A stretch of 64,000 nucleotides of DNA from Armatimonadota bacterium (GTDB lineage: Bacteria; Armatimonadota; UBA5829; DSUL01): positions 2,159 through 66,158 of the forward strand of contig JBPOJE010000073.1 in NCBI GenBank assembly GCA_052033935.1, in the 5' to 3' direction. Shown here in pieces: positions 37,244-45,569 of the stretch. The position numbers were made by a program, and so were the translations under genes. The notes under the pieces are model-generated. The model ran no database searches and was not told where the DNA came from. It was given only the letters and a program-made list of their open reading frames with translations. Numbering within the stretch: position 1 is the first letter of the stretch; each line of letters begins with the position of its first letter.

Positions 37244-40090
37244 ATGCGACCCTTCTATCTGCTGATTCTGGCTCTTGCCATTGCAGGGCTCCCGTCCGCT
37301 GCGGGCGCCCAGATGACCATTGACGACTTCGAGAGCGGTACGACAAGCGGCTGGCGCGTGCAGGATCTCCCGTATGCTGCAATCAGCCTGGTGTCGCCAG
37401 GCGCGGGCGGCTCCGGGAAAGCCATAGCCATTCAGGAGATTGCCGGATCGCTTGGTGGTCACAGCGCATATGCCTACGCCTCCCGGGAGTTCTCGCCCGC
37501 TGGCAACTGGAGCGGCTACACCACGCTCGAGATGGACGCCGCGATAAGCGCGGGCGAGTGGAACGGCTACTCCATCCGGGTGTACAACAACAACAAGAGT
37601 GTGTGGGTGCACGGGTTGCAGAGCGACTCGGCGATTCCGGGCTTCCGTACCCTCAAGTTCGACGTATCCGGCATCGTCCGCGACCAGATTACGAGCTTTC
37701 TGATCTACGTGAACCGGACGTCGCAGAACGCCGAGCAGACGCTGACGCTCGACAATATCAGGCTGACTAACAACCCGGTCACGATTGATCCGGTGCGGGT
37801 GATCGAAAACTTCGCCTCCGGGGACATCTCGGCGTGGACTCCCGGCGGGACATCACCGAACTTCCACTGCAGCCTCACGTCCGTGTCTGAGAACGCGCCG
37901 GGCGACACCTCGACGCCCGCGCGAGCAATCGCGGCCACCCTCATCGGCAAATCCAACTCGTCGCTTTTCCGGTGGCGGCCGACAAAAACGATGGACTGGA
38001 CGGACTACAAGACGCTGGAATTCGAGGCGAAGCTGGCGGAGGGCACTGCGACCGACGGCTTCTCGGTGCGCATCTACAACGCGTTGCTGCCGGCGCGCAT
38101 CAAGAAGTTCGTGCCGGGTGCCGCTGGATATGCGACCTGGCAGGTTGACGTCTCTGGAATCGAGCGCGACCAGATCAATGAGGTGATCTTCTACCTGAAC
38201 CGCACGCTTGCCTACGACACCACCGCTTCGCCCGCCCGCAACTGCATGCTGCGCATTGACAACCTGCGCCTCACGCAGAACACCGTCCCGGCAGGGCCCA
38301 ACGTCGTTTACGTGCAGGATTTCGATCCGGGCCTCTTCGACGAGTGGAACTGGTCCCACTATGTTTACCCATCGCTCAATTCGGACGCGGTCACGGCTCC
38401 GTGGGCACTCGACCTGATGCTCACCAGTGCGTCTTCAACATCAGCCTACAGCCGGGAGACGCTCGTGTTCAACGACACCCCGACGCAGGACTGGGAGGAC
38501 TACAACTCGCTGATGTTCGAGGTGAAGGTGGTGCCGGGGCCAAACCAGCCGAACTACCCCGTCGGCTTCAGCGTGAACGTTGTGAACGGCGGAACCTTCC
38601 AGACCGGAAGCGGCACAGCCGGTCCAGGCGGCGGCAATCTCTGGTTCTATCCGTCAGGCTACGACGTCTGGGAGACATTCACGCTCGACCTCAAAGCGCC
38701 CGGCGTGATGAGCGACGTGGATCAGGTGTCGGCGTTGCGATGGTACGTCAACCGCTGCAATCGCGGGGACTACAGCATCATGACCGGCACCGGCCAGATT
38801 CTGCGGCTGGACAACATCCGGGTTTCAAAGGAGCCGGCGCCGAAGTACGACGTCAGCAACCCGAACGTGGACGACTTCGAGGACGGGGACATCGCGGACT
38901 GGTACTATGTCAGCCAGCACACCAACCCCGACACCGGTGACGTTCTGCCGGGTGTATCGCGGGAACTCACCAGCGATGCGGCGAGCGGCGGCAAGGCGCT
39001 GGTCATAACCTGCCTGACCCCTCCGGGCAGCTCGTCGGCGTACACGCGCAAGACTCTGCACGCTGACTGGAGGGGCTACAAGACCCTCGAGTTCGACGCG
39101 AAGGTGGCGGACTCGCGCACAAGCCAGGGCTTCTCGGTGCTGTTGAGGCACCTGTCGGGCTATGCCGCCAACCGGCACGAGTTCTACCCGACAAACGAGT
39201 GGCAGACCTTCAGGGTGGACATATCGAAGGATAAGGTGGGCACAACCGCCACGGACGCTCGCGCCGAGGTTATCGGCCTGCTGTTCTACGTGAACCAGAT
39301 CACTGGCTGGGGTTCAGAGCAGGGCGGCGCGCAGAAGCTGTACCTCGACAACATCCGGCTCACGAACGACGACCCCATCACGACCTCGTTCACGGCGGTG
39401 GGCGGGGTCAAGAGCGCCGACACGGGCACGATCGTTACTCTGACCGGCGCGGTCAGCACGGGCAGCTTCCAGAACAAGGCACCGGACAAGAACGCCCCCG
39501 CGACGCTTCGGGCGGTCTTCTTCGTTGAGGACCTCGACCGCAGTTCGGCCATCCCTGTTGTGATCGGGGGTGCTGTAACGGGCGTCACCGACGTCCCTTC
39601 GGGCTCGAAGGTGGATATCACGGGTATCCTGACCGCCGGGCCGGGCTTGCGCTACATCTATGCGACCAGCATCAGCACGCCGGTTCCGGGATTCGCGATA
39701 CCCGACCCGGTGGTTCTGCTCAACAAGAACACCGGCGCGGAAGCCATCGGCATTGACCAGCCCATTCCGGGGTTCGCCGGGGCCGATACGACCGGCATGC
39801 TGGCCGAGGTGACGGGCAAGATTCTGGCCGTGGGCACGGACGCGATCGGCCGCACCTACATGTACATTGACGACGGGTCGGCTGTGGTGGCCGACAACGG
39901 CGCGATGGGCCTGAAAGTCTATGACTGGACGGCAACAACGGCCGTGGCAGGAAACGTGGGCAAGCATGTCCGCGTGACGGGGTTCGTGATGACCGAGAGC
40001 GAGTTGAACGGCACGACCTCCACATGGAAGCCCTACCGCACCTTCTGGCCGAAGGCCGATCTGCCAAACCCGATCATACTGGTCAACTAG
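37244..40090 (+). CDS. large secreted protein with four tandem carbohydrate-binding-module-like (jelly-roll) repeats and recurrent C-terminal module
   Basis: Signal MRPFYLLILALAIAGLPSAAGA. Four units each begin (I/V)DDFE.G....W and end ..LDNIR(L/V)(T/S): MTIDDFESG...TLDNIRLTN, VIENFASGD...LRIDNLRLTQ, YVQDFDPG...ILRLDNIRVSK, NVDDFEDGD...KLYLDNIRLTND. The C-terminus reads MYIDDGSAVVADNGAMGLKV...VRVTG. Confidence 0.6.
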   Translation: MRPFYLLILALAIAGLPSAAGAQMTIDDFESGTTSGWRVQDLPYAAISLVSPGAGGSGKAIAIQEIAGSLGGHSAYAYASREFSPAGNWSGYTTLEMDAAISAGEWNGYSIRVYNNNKSVWVHGLQSDSAIPGFRTLKFDVSGIVRDQITSFLIYVNRTSQNAEQTLTLDNIRLTNNPVTIDPVRVIENFASGDISAWTPGGTSPNFHCSLTSVSENAPGDTSTPARAIAATLIGKSNSSLFRWRPTKTMDWTDYKTLEFEAKLAEGTATDGFSVRIYNALLPARIKKFVPGAAGYATWQVDVSGIERDQINEVIFYLNRTLAYDTTASPARNCMLRIDNLRLTQNTVPAGPNVVYVQDFDPGLFDEWNWSHYVYPSLNSDAVTAPWALDLMLTSASSTSAYSRETLVFNDTPTQDWEDYNSLMFEVKVVPGPNQPNYPVGFSVNVVNGGTFQTGSGTAGPGGGNLWFYPSGYDVWETFTLDLKAPGVMSDVDQVSALRWYVNRCNRGDYSIMTGTGQILRLDNIRVSKEPAPKYDVSNPNVDDFEDGDIADWYYVSQHTNPDTGDVLPGVSRELTSDAASGGKALVITCLTPPGSSSAYTRKTLHADWRGYKTLEFDAKVADSRTSQGFSVLLRHLSGYAANRHEFYPTNEWQTFRVDISKDKVGTTATDARAEVIGLLFYVNQITGWGSEQGGAQKLYLDNIRLTNDDPITTSFTAVGGVKSADTGTIVTLTGAVSTGSFQNKAPDKNAPATLRAVFFVEDLDRSSAIPVVIGGAVTGVTDVPSGSKVDITGILTAGPGLRYIYATSISTPVPGFAIPDPVVLLNKNTGAEAIGIDQPIPGFAGADTTGMLAEVTGKILAVGTDAIGRTYMYIDDGSAVVADNGAMGLKVYDWTATTAVAGNVGKHVRVTGFVMTESELNGTTSTWKPYRTFWPKADLPNPIILVN

Positions 40091-40135
40091 CCGGAGCTTT
40101 CCTCCTTGCGGCCTCCGGGCTGCAAGCTCCGGGCA

Positions 40136-40173
40136 TCCCCCCGGCCGATTTCGGCCGGGGGGGATGTTTTTTT
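40136..40173. terminator. bidirectional rho-independent terminator between convergent genes
   Basis: CCCCCGGCCGA-TTT-CGGCCGGGGGGG perfect GC hairpin is followed by ATGTTTTTTT on the + strand and preceded by A/U-rich sequence on the - strand. It lies between the stops at 40090 (+) and 40184 (-). A second hairpin CCGGAGC...GCTCCGG sits at 40091-40132. Confidence 0.75.
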
Positions 40174-40183
40174 GCGTACGGGG

Positions 40184-40795
40184 TCAGAGGCCCCGCAGGT
40201 GCGAGGTGTCGTTCAGGACGTGCAGGGCGGCCGCAGCGCCGGCTTCGAGGATGCTCAGGCTGGCGTTGGCCGCGTGGAACTTGAGGGCTGCCGGGACAGG
40301 AAGGTCGAGGGCGGCGCAGATCAGCCCGCTAAGCGACCCGTAGTGCACGGTGGCAAGCACCGTATCGTCCGGGCCATGGGCCTCGACAGCCTCACAGATG
40401 AACTGCCCGCACCGCTCGATCACCTCTTCGAACCGCTCCGCGCCGGGCGGGCGATGCGCGATCGGGTCGGCCTCCCAGCGCGCGCAGAGGTCCGGATAGC
40501 GCTCGCGGAACTCGTCGCGCGTCCAGCCCTGTACGTTGCCGATGTGGCACTCGCGCAGAAGCGGGGTCGGATGCACGGGCAGGCGGCCGAGCGCCTCCGC
40601 TATCGGCGCGGCGGTGTCACGCGCCCGGCTGAGGTCGCTGGAGTAAAGCGCGGCGATGGGTTCGCGTTTCAGCCGCTCCGCCGCAGCCCGCGCCTGCCTG
40701 CGTCCAAGTTCCGTGAGGGGCGAGTCCACCTGCCCCTGAAAGCGGTTGCCAAGGTTGGATTCGCACTGTCCGTGCCGCACGAGCAGCAGCTTCAT
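40184..40795 (-). CDS. histidine phosphatase family protein (phosphoglycerate mutase-like)
   Basis: MKLLLVRHGQCESNLGNRFQGQVDSPLTELGRRQA is the RHG catalytic motif. The track ORF start 40930 adds a non-homologous leader. Confidence 0.8.
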   Translation of the reverse strand: MKLLLVRHGQCESNLGNRFQGQVDSPLTELGRRQARAAAERLKREPIAALYSSDLSRARDTAAPIAEALGRLPVHPTPLLRECHIGNVQGWTRDEFRERYPDLCARWEADPIAHRPPGAERFEEVIERCGQFICEAVEAHGPDDTVLATVHYGSLSGLICAALDLPVPAALKFHAANASLSILEAGAAAALHVLNDTSHLRGL

Positions 40796-41004
40796 AGCGA
40801 TGGTTTCCGGGTTGGTGTCATTTTGGTGTCTCCGCCGGGATGATAGCAGATATCGCAGGCGGGAGTAAGGGGCCGCCGTGGTATAATAGCGACGCGAGAG
40901 ATTCCTGCAGACAGGCTCCTTCATGGGCACGGTGTGCTGGGGTGGAGAAACAGCAAGAAGTTCGGTTCACAACAGGAGTGGTTGGTGTTGCCTGAAGGCT
41001 CAAA

Positions 41005-41208
41005 ATGAAATACATCGAGTGCGACACAACGGACGGAGGCAAGGTGATTCGCTGCCTTGCGGAAACAGATGAGGACCGAGCGTTCCTTCACGCCGAGGCG
41101 ATGGCTGGAAGGATCGAGATCGGTGATGTCTGGGACAGGAAGGACCGCGAGCGGGCGCATCTGAAGGAAGAGGCGGAGGACAGGAAGGCCGCCAAAAAGC
41201 AGCGATAG
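41005..41208 (+). CDS. small hypothetical protein (67 aa, charged C-terminus)
   Basis: This ORF is the only support, and the sequence is of low complexity. A TATAAT box lies at 40882-40887 upstream. Confidence 0.3.
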   Translation: MKYIECDTTDGGKVIRCLAETDEDRAFLHAEAMAGRIEIGDVWDRKDRERAHLKEEAEDRKAAKKQR

Positions 41209-41234
41209 CGGCACATTCAACAGAGTTTGACGAG

Positions 41235-41267
41235 AAGCCCCACAGGGAGGCCGGGCGGGGCTTTTTT
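41235..41267 (+). terminator. putative intrinsic terminator
   Basis: AGCCCC...GGGGCT stem (6 bp, long GC-rich loop) is followed by TTTTTT at 41262-41267. Confidence 0.4.
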
Positions 41268-41396
41268 GATGCCTGGGACGGACGGGCACAAGGCCCTATC
41301 CTACGCGGATGCGGGCGTTGCCCGGGTTTAGGGGAACAAGATTCCCGAAATGCCGGTGCCAACCGCGTTACGCTGAACTTGATTCAGGGCCTAGGT

Positions 41397-41470
41397 CCGG
41401 ATGGATTCCGGATCGAGTCCGGCATGACGTTGTGTGGCCGGATGGGTGCCGGATCAAGGCCGGCATAACG
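41397..41470. repeat. REP-like palindromic intergenic repeat cluster (two adjacent related units)
   Basis: tCCGGAtggatTCCGGATCGAGTCCGGCATGACGt then gCCGGATgggtgCCGGATCAAGGCCGGCATAACG. The core CCGGATCGAGTCCGG is a hairpin (CCGGA/TCCGG). Confidence 0.6.
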
Positions 41471-41486
41471 CGAAGTCGGCACCCCG

Positions 41487-42565
41487 CTACGGCGTGTCCA
41501 CAATCCGCCCGTCAACGGCCCAGACGCCGCCGTTGCACTGGGAGAAGGCTGCGATGGTGCGCTCGTCCTTCACGAACAGCGAGTTCCACCAGCCGCCTTC
41601 GTCCTCCGGCACCTCGAACGGGACGGAGCGCCCTTCGAAATTGCGCGCGTTCTCGTCGCCGACGTAAACAACGATCTGCGGTTGCTTGCGCCCCACGCTG
41701 GACTGGAACGAGAGCACCGTCTCGCCGCCTGGCATCTGGCGGATGCACGGCGCCCCGCCCCATTCACTGCCGGGCGGCTTCCGGACCGCCCTCCACCGCC
41801 TCGGGCTTGCTCCGCTTGCCGCAAGCGGCTTCCAGTTGTCCTCCATGTTCGAATGGACGATCACCGGGTGGAACATGACCGAGTAACCGTTGTCCTCGAT
41901 GGCGACGACGATCCCCTTGCCGCCCCGCAGTATCAGGGGCGAGGGCATCCCGTCGTGGTGGTTCGGCCGGAAACTGATCGCCTTCGCACTGCTCCATGTG
42001 CGCCCGTTGTCAAACGACCGCACGAGCGAAATCTCCTGCTCGCTCGTGTTTCGGTAAGGGTTCTCGTTGGCGAAAAAGAGCTGAATCTCCCCGAAGGAAG
42101 CTGGATGGCCGCTGGCTCCCAGCATCCGTTGTCCCACACCGTGTCGGCCTCATACGCCAGCGAGTGCGGCTTCCATGTGCGGCCGCCATCTTCGCTTACG
42201 CTGAGGTGGATTGAGAACCGGTGCACGCCGTCCTTCGGGCGCTCGTTGTACATCAGCAGCGCCCAGCCGTTTGCGAGCTGCAGCAGTTCGGGGTTCGACG
42301 CGGTCCCGGATGGAACGCCGGCCACTTCCGCGAAGCCGTCCCACGTCTTGCCGTCGTCCGCGCTGCGCTTCACGCACACTTTGCCGCGCAGCGCGAAGCT
42401 GGCGAGGATATCGCCTCCTTTGAGCCGGATCATCCGCGGGTATCCGCCCCCGCGTTGGACTTCGACGAGCGTGCTCCTGTCCCAGACGATGGTCTTACCG
42501 GAGAAGGCTGCCTGGGCGGCCACTGTCAGAAGAGCGGCCATGAGCGGAAGCGCAAGGATCTTCAT
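41487..42565 (-). CDS. BNR/Asp-box repeat exo-alpha-sialidase-like glycosyl hydrolase, frameshifted as assembled
   Basis: Start MKILALPLMAALLTVAAQA (signal). Asp-boxes KRSADDGKTW, SVSEDGGRTW, RSFDNGRTW are present. The N-terminal part is in track ORF 41933..42724 and the C-terminal part in 41487..42137. The junction ...AIQLPSG|EIQLFFANE is at a GGGG run near 42095. Confidence 0.65.
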
Positions 42566-42623
42566 GCTAATTGCTTCGGCACAGCGGTGCCGGTCTCCTT
42601 GACAGGACGAGGGGTGAATCTTC

Positions 42624-43585
42624 ATGCTTGGCGCAACGATGAACACCGAGAGGATACACATGCCGCGACTGTGCCTGTTCGCCTTTGCTCTCGTCGTGCT
42701 GGCGGCCGCCGCCCCGGCCTTCACTGAGCCAGCCTACCCGGAGTCGCCGGAGGGCGTGACGCTGATTGCCGATGTGGCTTATCTCGCGCAGGGCCGTGAG
42801 GAGAAGTTGGACATCTACCTGCCTGTGGGGCGCAAGGCCGGCCAGCACTCGCCCGCCATGGTGATGATTCACGGAGGCGGTTGGGCGAGGGGCGACAAGA
42901 CGGGCGCGAGGGAATACGAGACGGGTGCGATTCTGGCGCGGGCGGGCTATGTGGCCGTCAGCATCAACTACCAGATGGCTCCCGGAAGGCGCTGGCCAAC
43001 GAACCTGCTCGATTGCAAGAACGCGGTGCGGTTCCTGCGCGTCAACGCGGAATATTACAGCGTGGACCGGCGCGCATCGGTGTGATGGGCGGTTCGGCGG
43101 GCGGGCATCTGGCGCTGATGACCGCCTACACTACCGGTGCGCCGGGACTCGAACCAGCAAGCCCCTACCCCGGCGTGTCGAGCCGGGTGAGCTGCGTCCT
43201 TGATCTTTACGGCCCCACCAGCCTGCTGACGCGGGAGAAGACCGACGCGAAGGGCAACCTGACGGGGGTCCCTGTGAATACCCTTGGCCTCTTCAGCCCC
43301 ACCCGCCAGCAGGACCCGGGGTTGTGGAGGTTGGCGTCGCCGGTCAGCTACGTGCGGAAGAACTCCCCGCCCACGCTGATTCTGCACGGTCTGGCGGATA
43401 CCACGGTGGACCGCGGTCAGGCCGAAGCGCTTGCGGCGAAGTTGGCGGAGCACGGCGTGGAGCACAGGCTGGTGCTGCTTGAGGGCGTCGGTCACTCGTT
43501 CTACCTGAAGACGTGGAAGAACAAGCCGCTGCCTTTGGACGTCGAGGGCATTGCTCTGGAGTTCTTGGCAAGGCATCTGAAGTGA
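42624..43585 (+). CDS. secreted alpha/beta-hydrolase fold-3 esterase/lipase (HGGG + GxSxG), frameshifted as assembled
   Basis: MPRLCLFAFALVVLAAAAPAFT is the signal. MIHGGGWARGDK is the oxyanion HGGG motif. After ...NAEYYSVD the frame shifts (CC run near 43068) into IGVMGGSAGGHLA (nucleophile) ...LILHGLADTTV (track ORFs 42624..43085 and 42881..43585). Confidence 0.65.
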
Positions 43586-45414
43586 GACGCGTGGGGGCGG
43601 GGATTGCGGCGATTGTCATCGCGCCGCTGGTGTGTGTCTGGGTCTTTCGCACCGAGATTCTGCGCAACTCCACCGACCTTGCATCGAGCGCGCTGACGTT
43701 CGCGGGAGTGGGTGTGCTGCTGGCGCTCGCGGCTTTGCGGGCGGTGGCTGGCCGACCCGGGACGCGGGCGATCATCCTCATCTACTCGGCTGTCGCCTGC
43801 ACGGCGGGCATCGCGACGATGGGCATGGTGCAGTTCCTCATCACGACGCTGCTTGCGCCGTTCTACTTCGCCACCCCCGAAAACCGCTGGGCGGAGTTCT
43901 GGGCGTCCATTCCGGCGTGGGCGGCGCCGAGATCGCCGAAGGTGGTGGAGGGGTTCTTTCTGGGCGGGTCGAGCCTGTACGACCCGGCGATCTGGAAGAC
44001 GTGGCTTGTGCCTGTCGCGGCGTGGAGCCTCTTTCTGGCGGCTCTCCTGGGAGCGCAGTACTGCATCGCGCTTCTGATGTACGAGCGCTGGGCGAAAGAA
44101 GAGAAGCTTGCCTTCCCGATAGTTCAGCTTCCGCTGGCGCTTACATCCGAGCGGCACTCCCGGGTGCCGCTGATTGCCGGGGCGGCCCTCGCCATCGCCG
44201 TGCAGACTCTGAACGCGGCGCACTATATAGCGCCGTCGGTGCCGCGGATCAACGTGCTGCCGAGAGAGTTCGGCTCGCTTCTTCCGCCGCCCTGGAACGG
44301 CGTCGGGCAGCTCTGGGTCACGAACTACCCTTGCATCATCGGGTTGTCGGCGCTGATCCCGACGAACATCCTGTTCTCGTGCGTCATCTTCTTTTGGCTC
44401 GGCAAGGCGGAGGGAGTGTACGGCCGGGCGTTCGGACTGACGGCGGTGGGCGGCGCGACGGGGTTTCCGTACGCGACTGAACAGGCGCAGGGGGCGCTTC
44501 TGGCGCTCTCGCTCGCTGTTGTCTGGTCGGCGAGGAGGTCGCTGGCGCGTTCGCTCCGGAACCCGGCGGACCGCGCTGTGTGGCTTACGCTCGCGGCCTG
44601 CTGCGCGGCGCTCTGGTGGTTCGCGGTGGCGCTGGGTCTGCGCCCCGTTTTCGCGGCGGCGTTCTTTGGGCTGTTCTTGCTCTTCATGACGGCCATCGGC
44701 TGGCTGCGCGCGGCGATCGGCCCGGCGTGGCCTCCGGGAGTTGACGTCTCGTGGTGGCTGCGGGGTCTGGGCGCTGGCGTGCCGCTCGGCGAAGGGGTGG
44801 GCCTGGCATACCTGCGCTGGTTCTCGTTCGGCGACTCCCGGGCGCACGCGCTGCCGAACTACGTGGACGCGATGCGGCTGACCGAGACTTCGGGCATTTC
44901 GCGCAGGACGCTGACGTTCGTCCTGGGTGCGGCGTCTGTGCTCGCTATCGCGGCAAGCCTGTGGGCGGCGCTTGACGTGTATTACACGAGTGGCGCGGCC
45001 ACGGCGCTGACGCACAACTGGCGGACGTATCAGGGGCGCGTCGCGTTTGAGGTTCTACGCTCGCATCAGGATGGCCTCACGGTGCGGCCCGGGACAGCGC
45101 AGTTCGGTGCGGCGGGGTTCGGGTTCGGTCTGGTGCTGGCTCTGCAGTGGTTGGGGACGCGCATCACCGGCTGGCCGCTGCACCCGGCGGGGTTCGCGCT
45201 GGCGCAGAGCGGCGCGCTGGAGTGGCTCTGGTGCCCAATGCTGATTGCGGGGGCGGCGAAGGTTCTGCTGTTGCGCGGCGGGCTGAAGACGTACCGGCGG
45301 TCGGTGCCGTTCTTTATCGGGCTGGTCCTCGGCGACTACGCGTTGGGGATCATCCTTGCTCTTCTGAGCTCGGCGCTCGGCGTGAGCCTCTACAAGACGT
45401 TTCCGATTGAGTGA
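43582..45414 (+). CDS. uncharacterised polytopic membrane protein (~610 aa, >12 predicted TM segments)
   Basis: GTG 43582 overlaps the upstream TGA (GTGA). The sequence is highly hydrophobic with repeated helical segments and has no recognised family motif. Confidence 0.55.
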   Translation: MRRVGAGIAAIVIAPLVCVWVFRTEILRNSTDLASSALTFAGVGVLLALAALRAVAGRPGTRAIILIYSAVACTAGIATMGMVQFLITTLLAPFYFATPENRWAEFWASIPAWAAPRSPKVVEGFFLGGSSLYDPAIWKTWLVPVAAWSLFLAALLGAQYCIALLMYERWAKEEKLAFPIVQLPLALTSERHSRVPLIAGAALAIAVQTLNAAHYIAPSVPRINVLPREFGSLLPPPWNGVGQLWVTNYPCIIGLSALIPTNILFSCVIFFWLGKAEGVYGRAFGLTAVGGATGFPYATEQAQGALLALSLAVVWSARRSLARSLRNPADRAVWLTLAACCAALWWFAVALGLRPVFAAAFFGLFLLFMTAIGWLRAAIGPAWPPGVDVSWWLRGLGAGVPLGEGVGLAYLRWFSFGDSRAHALPNYVDAMRLTETSGISRRTLTFVLGAASVLAIAASLWAALDVYYTSGAATALTHNWRTYQGRVAFEVLRSHQDGLTVRPGTAQFGAAGFGFGLVLALQWLGTRITGWPLHPAGFALAQSGALEWLWCPMLIAGAAKVLLLRGGLKTYRRSVPFFIGLVLGDYALGIILALLSSALGVSLYKTFPIE

Positions 45415-45437
45415 GAGCGGGGGCATTGTGCCGTCGC

Positions 45438-45460
45438 TCTCTGGATGCCGGATCGAGTCC
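45438..45460. repeat. REP-like palindromic repeat, second locus
   Basis: CCGGATCGAGTCCGGCATGACGT is identical over 23 nt to 41408-41430. It sits 24 nt after the stop of the membrane-protein gene. Confidence 0.6.
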
Positions 45461-45569
45461 GGCATGACGTGGGGGCGGAGGCGGAGGTTATTCGGCCCGG
45501 CGTGCTGAAGAATGCTCCGGGAGCCAGGTGACAGCACCCGGGCAGATCTAGAAATGGCGGAATAGGCAA

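Noticed and set aside
40930-41004. TATAAT box at 40882-40887 as a promoter for the small ORF or an sRNA
   Set aside because: No convincing -35 element at proper spacing, and the downstream ORF itself is doubtful. Mentioned only in the feature evidence.
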